A stretch of 64,000 nt of DNA from Octopus vulgaris (Eukaryota), in contig OX597822.1 in assembly GCA_951406725.2 (NCBI GenBank), positions 72,478,001-72,542,000 on the forward strand, written 5' to 3'. The translations under genes were made by a program, and so were the position numbers. Below the pieces are notes generated by a model that did not search any database, was not told where the DNA came from, and saw nothing but the letters and a program-made list of their open reading frames with translations. This document shows positions 56,707-64,000 of this stretch, in pieces. Positions within the stretch are counted from its first letter, which is position 1, and every line of letters starts with the position of its first letter.

Positions 56707-57961
56707 ATCTATTTTGGTACTGTAGCGATGAATTAGATATTCCAAATTTCTCTACATCTGTTTCTGTTATTCATTTATGACATATTATTATTACCTAACT
56801 ATCAAGGTACTTTCAAGAAGGTCTAGCTTATGTGGCTTCTGTATGAGGCAATGCAACTCTGATTTTTATTTCTCTTGCTTCTTAGATAGTAATTCAAAGG
56901 AATCTTAATGGCATGTTTACAAGCAAGTACACTTGAAGTATATTTTAAATTGAGGCATTCAAATGGTTTGTGATTAGAACTATTTGTTAAAATAGTTGGA
57001 TCTTCAAAACAAAACAGAAAAAATGAAAAGCATCTACCAAAATAATTACGTAGGAGCCAGCGTTTAGGAAAAATATTTTTAATGAAAACGTTGCATCGAA
57101 TGACACCTTCAGCTAACGGTTTAATCAGGCATGTAGTAATTAGAGCTTATCGATATTATTCAGCTTACTATTTTAACTTAAGTATTCTCCTCATTTATAC
57201 ATAACAAATTAGTTGATAACCTGGTGCCAATCCCAGTCTGTGAATTCTTCAGAGAAATCCCATTTCAATTACGGAATTTTCTTTTTTTTTTTAGTAAGTC
57301 AATGTGATTGCTTTTCACGCCTTCACACTTTCGTCTTCATTGAAGCCTGAATTCAATTAACGTTGTAAATGATGGAAGCTTTCTCGAAAATGCTCGCAGC
57401 GGAATCCCTTTTGTTTCATTCAAAACATTAATTTGAAAACTTAGAATGAGAATATAAAGAACTACTCAAAATAAATGGGGTTTATTTTTTTATGGTTCTT
57501 AAAATGAAAATTAAAATCACATTGAAAGATTCATAGGGTCGAAGTTGTTGGATATGGGGGGAAAATCGTGTAATTTATAAAGCATTTATACATTAAAGAA
57601 GAAAACAAACCCAATACGCATGCTATAATATCAAATTGAAACTTATTCAAAAGAACGACTCAAAAATGGATATCTCTAGAAATAAAATGAACATTTCCTT
57701 TCAATTCTTTATGGGTATCCGTTATTGACCGGGTAAAAAATACCAATCATTACACTAAGAGGGTCTTATATCTTACATTTAAATTGGATGGTTACAATTT
57801 TTTTTTACACTATGAAATGATGTTTGATGTACGTTAAATTTCTCCTTAACTTCCCCAAGTAATAACCGCATACAGTCTTACTCTATATACTATTGCTCTT
57901 CTCGTGCACTATATCTCTACCATCTCTACTTCCACACAAAGAAGAAGCAATAATGAACATG

Positions 57962-58009
<48 letters not shown>

Positions 58010-58186
58010 TACACACACACACATAGAAACACGCGCGCATGCATGCATACAAACGTACAGCCATTTATTGAAAAATTACGTGGGGCTACAACTTCATTCC
58101 GATTTATAAAACAACGAGGTTGGGTGATAAAAAAATACTATATAAGTTCAGGAAGCAAATGCAATTATATATATATATATATATAT

Positions 58187-58350
58187 AGGCGAGGGGGTGG
58201 CTGTGCGATAAGTAGCTTGCTTACCAACAACATGGTTCCGGGTTCAGTCCCACTGCGTAGCACCTTGGGCAAGTATCTTCTACTATAGCCTCGGGCGAAC
58301 CAAAGCCTTGTAAGGGGATTTGGTAGACTGAAACTGAAAGAAGCCCGTCG

Positions 58351-58417
<67 letters not shown>

Positions 58418-58626
58418 GTATGTTTGTGTGTCTGTGTTTGTACCCCTCCAATATCGCTTGACAACCGATGCTGGTGTGTTTACGTCCCCGTAAATTAGTG
58501 GTTCGGCAATAAGAGACCGATAGAATAAGTACTAGGCTTACAAAAATAAGTCCTGGGGCCGATTTCTTCGACTAAAAGCGGTGCTCCAACATGGCCACAG
58601 TCAAGTGACTGAAACAAGTAAAAGAG
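58187..58626 (+). mobile_element. Full-length SINE B
   Basis: Matches 46761-47274. Confidence 0.9.
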
Positions 58627-58634
58627 CAAATGAG

Positions 58635-58661
<27 letters not shown>

Positions 58662-58666
<5 letters not shown>

Positions 58667-58990
58667 TCTTATCAAATATTAAAAATATGAGAAAGAAGTT
58701 TTGTTGGAGTCAGAGAGAAAATCATTTTTGTTGGGGTTTAACAGTTTGTACCCAAATTCTAGAACTAAAAATTAGTTACAAACTTTCAAACCACCCCCAA
58801 AATATTTTTTCTCACTGACTCCCTCCAAAATTCTTTCTCATATTTCTAACATTTGTTAAGATGAATTCATCGAAGCCGGTAATATTTTATTAAATATTCT
58901 CTTAAATATACTTCTGTGGTTTATTTACTTCTTTAAAATATGATTTAAAATTTGTATGGTCTCCTAACTGCTTTCCATTTCTCTCTCTCC
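58662..58990. mobile_element. Fold-back Penelope-like pLTR element between (TA)n tracts
   Basis: Imperfect inverted repeat 58662-58755 / 58768-58866; hammerhead-like motif at 58848-58886. Confidence 0.7.
58848..58886 (+). ncRNA. Hammerhead motif, U3:A8 variant (mutated copy)
   Basis: AACAT-TTGTTAA-GATGAATTCATC-GAAG-CCGG-TA-ATATT; the inverted arm reads AATAT-TTGATAA-GATGAAT. Confidence 0.55.
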
Positions 58991-59380
58991 ATATATATAT
59001 ATAGTAGTAACAGAAAAGAGGAATTTCGGTTGTCCCCACGTGGTGGATTGTAATGTATATAAGAAAAATAAAAACGGAAGGCCATAGGAATGCCGCTTAC
59101 AGCATATCTAACAAAAAAGATCGTTTTTAATAGGCAGCGTTAGCAATACGAATATGGTTCTGTTTCTCAATACGATAAAACCTGATTATCAATACACTGG
59201 TTAGGAATCATCTTGACGACCACAATAAAATAACCGCTGATAGGATGCGAACTGGCCATTTTCTAGAGTGAGTGTGACGGAAGGGGATGTGCGAAATGAT
59301 AAATAATGGAGTATATATATATATAAGAAAAATAAAAACGGAAAATTCGTACACTTACATGGTTATAGTAAAATTTTTAA

Positions 59381-59417
59381 TGTATCGACCGGTTTCGCAA
59401 TTGCTATTCATGATACA
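59381..59417 (-). ncRNA. Minimal type I hammerhead, A3:U8 core variant
   Basis: TGTATC-ATGAATA-GCAATTGC-GAAA-CCGG-TC-GATACA. Confidence 0.75.
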
Positions 59418-59580
59418 ATGTTTAATTTATATGAAAATATATTTTTTCTTAAGAACCTTTTAGGTTTTGGGTGGGGAAAAATATGTGTACAGAAAGAAGA
59501 TTCCCTCGTGAATCACATTATAAACAACATGGATCCATTTTCTTCTTAAGAAAAAATATATTTTCATATAAATTAAACAT

Positions 59581-59617
59581 TGTATCATGAATAGCAATTG
59601 CGAAACCTGTCGATACA
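59581..59617 (+). ncRNA. Minimal type I hammerhead, A3:U8 variant (one change in stem III)
   Basis: TGTATC-ATGAATA-GCAATTGC-GAAA-CCTG-TC-GATACA. Confidence 0.65.
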
Positions 59618-61289
59618 TTAAAAATTTTACTATAACCATGTAAGTGTACGAATTTTCCGTTTTTATTTTTCTTATATATATATATATACTCCATTATTTA
59701 TCATTTCGCACATCCCCTTCCGTCACACTCACACTAGAAAATGGCCAGTTCGCATCCTATCAGCGGTTATTTTATTGTGGTCGTCAAGATGATTCCTAAC
59801 CAGTGTATTGATAATCAGGTTTTATCGTATTGAGAAACAGATCCATATTCGTATTGCTAACGCTGCCTATTAAAAACGATCTTTTTTGTTAGATATGCTG
59901 TAAGCGGCATTCCTATGGCCTTTGCTGGCTTCTCTGTGACCATAGAACTCGATGTCATTAATATTTTGTAAATGACATTAGTAACTGTTGCAGGTCAGCA
60001 ACTGCAGGAAAGACTAGCAAGTGAGAATATTTACTACAGAGAAACGATGTGCTAAGGAGAAAGATATAATATTTAATGCGGAACTGCAGATGGTGGATAT
60101 ATCAACAGTGACAGCAGGACAATAGATGAGCGGATCAGAGGTGTCTAAGGCGTAGAGGTTTGAGACCAGTCAGTCCTTTGGCACGCAGATAATTACATAG
60201 AAATTAGATAGAAAAAAGAGAGAGAGAGAGAGAGGAAATGACACATTCTGTAAGTCAGAGTCTAGTGTTTCTCCGTTACTAATTGACTTACTATTAGTCG
60301 GCTTGAACTATTTGGATGCGATTCAAGCTGTCTGTAAGCGTCTCATATGTTAAGTTTCGACAGTACGAGATAAGGATCAAACTCTCCTCTTGCATCATTA
60401 TTTAAGTATTAACCAACATTGATTCACTTCTTTTTGTTTCTCACATACACACATAATCCCCGCTCTCTCTGTCCTCCATCCGTTCCTATCTATCTGTCCC
60501 TCTCTCCTACCCCTCTCTCTTTCTCTGGTTTGTCTTTAGATTTTAATACGTGGCTAGTATCATCGAAAGTTTGGAAAGGAGAGTTTATCAATTTCTACCG
60601 AATTATGAAATGTTAATGAAACTGAAAGGTTGTCCCGAGCTATTGGTAAGTCCCACGTGGACTACGTTTTATAGACACATCATCAAATGCGTTTGAATAA
60701 GAATCGGAAAACTTATATGCTTATAATTCAGACACTTCATTATTCCTTAGCAAATATCTTTTATCGTCTGCTTTTTTCAGTTGTTGCAGTGTGATCATGG
60801 TGGGGAATCTGCTTGAAAGATTTTAGTCCAGTAAATCGACCCCAGTAGTGTATTTTCTAGTCTCGTACTTACTCCACACCTATTCTCATACTTATCCTTT
60901 TTTGGTGAACTACTAATTTACGAAGATGTAAAGAAACCAATACCTTCCTAAAGACAAAACGTGCTTATAATGTCTACTTTCAGAAGATCGTCTTCCTAGC
61001 GTTCATAATAATTTTTCTATCGTCTTGGCTTAACAGCCCTCACCGTTTGTTTTTTACTGTTTTGTTCTCACTGTTCTATTCCTGTTACCACTTTCACCCG
61101 CTGCAAAAAATCTCAAATTTTATTTAATTTGCTTTGAGGGAAAGATTGTGTAAATGAAGTCGCGTCTTGCCCTTGAATTCGAATCCGCGAAGTAGATGAA
61201 ACAGGGACAACTGAAGAGGGGGAATATTCTTTTTGCTGCATGTTTCGTTTCTCATTGTGTTTAACATTTTTTTGAGGTCTCCTGTACCC

Positions 61290-61621
61290 ATATATGCATG
61301 TATGTATACATATATATGCATATATTTATATAATATATATATGTACATATGCATATAATATATACATATATATGCATATATTTATATAATATATATGCAT
61401 ATATTTATATAATATATACATATATATATATATATATGCATATATTTATATAATATATACATATATATATATATGCATATATTTATATAATATATATATA
61501 TGTATATGCATATATTTATATAATATATATATGTATATATGCATATATTTATATAATATATATGTGTATATATACATATATTTATATAATATATATGTGT
61601 ATATATACATATATTTATATA

Positions 61622-61652
<31 letters not shown>

Positions 61653-61675
61653 ATATATATATATGCATATATATA

Positions 61676-61740
<65 letters not shown>
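61290..61740. repeat. TA-rich minisatellite (CATATATTTATATAATATAT units) grading into (TA)n
   Basis: Unit recurs about 10 times; similar units reappear at 62845-62960. Confidence 0.9.
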
Positions 61741-61741
<1 letters not shown>

Positions 61742-62468
61742 GTATATTGGCAGGGCAAGACTGCTAGGTAGTCGGCCGTATGCTAGAAATAGATCATCAA
61801 CGATCAAACTACCTAGCAGTCTTGCCCTGCCAATATACACAAATATTAGAATTTTCTCTGATTTCTCAGATTTTTTGTATGCTAGACTACTGGTTTTAAA
61901 TTGATATTAAAGTTGATATTAATTTATCTCCCTCATTATTTAAATATTGAAATAAATACGTTCTCTAGTAGCAAGCACTAACCGCAGTGAATTATTTACT
62001 GCAGTTCTTCGCGCCGGAACTAAGACATTTGAAATTTTATACCTAATGTAATCGGTAAAACTAAACACGTGTCTGTTTTGGCACAGAAAGCTGGGCTTAG
62101 TTTTTCAGATTGCATTTACACTGAACAATTGTACTGATGAGGCCACGGACATTTGAATTACGTATGTAATTCTTTTGTTAAAGGCCGAAACCGAGGTATG
62201 CAATTAATTCTGTTTTTTATATAAATTTTCATCTGTCCTGCCCGCCAAATTTGGTTCTGGTGTTCGCTGAATTTTTCCTCTAGAGAACTTTCTTTGTAGT
62301 TTGATCGTTGATGATCTATTTCTAGTATACGGCCGACTACCTAGCAGTCTTGCCCTACCAATATACACATATATTAGAATTTTCTCTGATTTCTCAGATT
62401 TTTTGTATGCTAGACTACTGGTTTTAAATTGATATTAAAATTAATATTAATTTATCTCCCTCATTATT

Positions 62469-62475
<7 letters not shown>
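61740..62475 (+). mobile_element. Penelope-like element terminus: inverted piece plus partial tandem pLTRs, in (TA)n
   Basis: Inverted repeat 61740-61812 / 62296-62367; direct repeat 61808-61947 / 62336-62475; hammerhead at 62127-62205. Confidence 0.85.
62127..62205 (+). ncRNA. Type I hammerhead ribozyme with extended stem II
   Basis: AATTGTA-CTGATGA-GGCC-[38 nt incl. GAATTAC/GTAATTC hairpin]-GGCC-GAAA-CC-GA-GG-TA-TGCAATT; all core nucleotides canonical. Confidence 0.88.
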
Positions 62476-62514
<39 letters not shown>

Positions 62515-62515
<1 letters not shown>

Positions 62516-62716
62516 TCTTTTACTTATTTCAGTCATTTGGCTGTGGCCATGCTGGAGCACCGCCTTTTAGTCGAGCAAATCGACCCCGGGACTTATTCTT
62601 TGTAAGCCTAGTACTTATTCTATCGGTCTCTTTTGGCGAACCGCTAAGTGACGGGGACGTAAACACACCAGCATTGGTTGTCAAGCAATGCTAGGGGGAC
62701 AAACACAGACACATAA

Positions 62717-62748
<32 letters not shown>

Positions 62749-62846
62749 GTATACATATATACGACAGGCTTCTTTCAGTTTCCGTCTACCAAATCCACTC
62801 ACAAGGCATTGGTCGGCTCGGAGCCATAGCAGAAGACACTTGCCAC
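62515..62846 (-). mobile_element. SINE B lacking head
   Basis: Matches 24800-25105. Confidence 0.88.
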
Positions 62847-62882
62847 ATATATTTATTTATATAATATATATACATATATATT

Positions 62883-62935
<53 letters not shown>

Positions 62936-63233
62936 ATATATATGTATATTTATATTATATATATATGTATATATATATATGTATGTGTGTGTGTGCATTG
63001 CACTGTTCCGTGATGGGATCAAAAAAAAAATACTCCATGTGGTGAAAGATAAATAATATTTAATGAATACAATATATAGTTTTACGAGCAGCTAACAGTT
63101 TCATGCGAGGAAAACTTCGCAGATAACATTTCTTAACATGCCTGGTGCCTTGGACACAGTCTGAGGAGTGAGTGAAGGCCCTAAACACGTTAAAAAATGC
63201 AGTCAGATAAGCTTCCATCACATGAAATTATTA

Positions 63234-63304
63234 GCAAAATATATATTGTGCATATTAAATAATATATATATATATATTATTTAATATGCACAATATATAT
63301 TTTG

Positions 63305-63305
<1 letters not shown>
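63234..63305. repeat. Perfect 72-bp palindrome centred on (TA)n
   Basis: GCAAAATATATATTGTGCATATTAAATAATATATAT followed by its exact reverse complement. Confidence 0.9.
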
Positions 63306-63367
<62 letters not shown>

Positions 63368-63384
63368 ATGTAGATACACTCACA

Positions 63385-63547
63385 ACATGCTTCTTTTAGT
63401 TTCCATATACAAAATCCACACAGAAGGTGTTGGTCTGCCCGGGGCAATTGTAGGAGGCATATACACAAAGTGCCATGCTGTGAATTTGAATCCGAAAAGA
63501 CATGCTCGAGAAGCAACCTGCTTACCACACAGCCACGCCTCCGCCTA
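63385..63547 (-). mobile_element. Diverged SINE B 5' half
   Basis: CTTACCACACAGCCACGCCTCCGCCT head; CTTTTAGTTTCC...CAAAATCCAC. Confidence 0.7.
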
Positions 63548-64000
63548 TATTTCGATGCATTGATTTCGAAATCTATTGTTGCACATATATAGTTTAGGTA
63601 AGTAATTGTTATCAGTCCATTGACCCTGTGGACATTGCCTGGGTAATTCTGATCTATGTTTCTTTAATTACCATTAAACTTATCTCGGAAATTGTCAACT
63701 AAACTTTCTTAGTTTTTAACAGAACTTTAGGATGCGAATTGAATTAGAAAATAATCAATCCAAAATTCTAAGATTAACAGAAATGTGACACGAATACACT
63801 CGGCAATATACACTTTGGTTGATTACGAATTTCACGGGAGCGATAGAAATCAGACACATTTTGTCAAAATCTACGTCGGAATACTAATCTCTTGGGAAAA
63901 AAAAAACATGCTAACGTTAGCACACATTCTAAAAGCCAAAAGCCATCACTAATAATATTAGTGTCAACTTTTATCTCTCTCACTCACTCTCTCTCTGTAT

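Larger units (their letters stand above)
59078..59922. mobile_element. Large near-perfect inverted repeat (about 380-bp arms, 87-bp spacer) with a hammerhead in each arm
   Basis: 59078-59455 is the reverse complement of 59543-59922 with only a few differences. Confidence 0.92.

Noticed and set aside
61160-61225. Possible decayed hammerhead in a PLE-like tail
   Set aside because: Too many core changes needed to support it

Overview
AT-rich eukaryotic non-coding DNA with no confidently identifiable host gene. Repeat content (tRNA-derived SINEs, very dense TA/CA/TATC/TATG/ATT microsatellites, a mollusc-type 5S rRNA copy) suggests an octopod cephalopod such as Octopus; this is inference. Almost all ORFs in the track are microsatellite artefacts. 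Supported features: a full-length decayed mariner (7749-9043), a full-length decayed Tc1-type transposon (9557-11079), CR1-like, R4/Dong-like and RTE-like LINE fragments, two hAT MITEs, many copies of at least four tRNA-derived SINE families, and a 5S rRNA (pseudo)gene. The most striking signal is a set of unrelated fold-back (palindromic) elements sitting in (TA)n tracts that carry minimal type I hammerhead ribozyme motifs, often on both strands, as expected for Penelope-like element pseudo-LTRs or retrozymes. Their catalytic cores show covariation at the 3:8 tertiary pair (C3:G8, U3:A8 and an unusual A3:U8). One family joins a tRNA-like Pol III head to a hammerhead. All structures were read by eye and ribozyme activity is untested.
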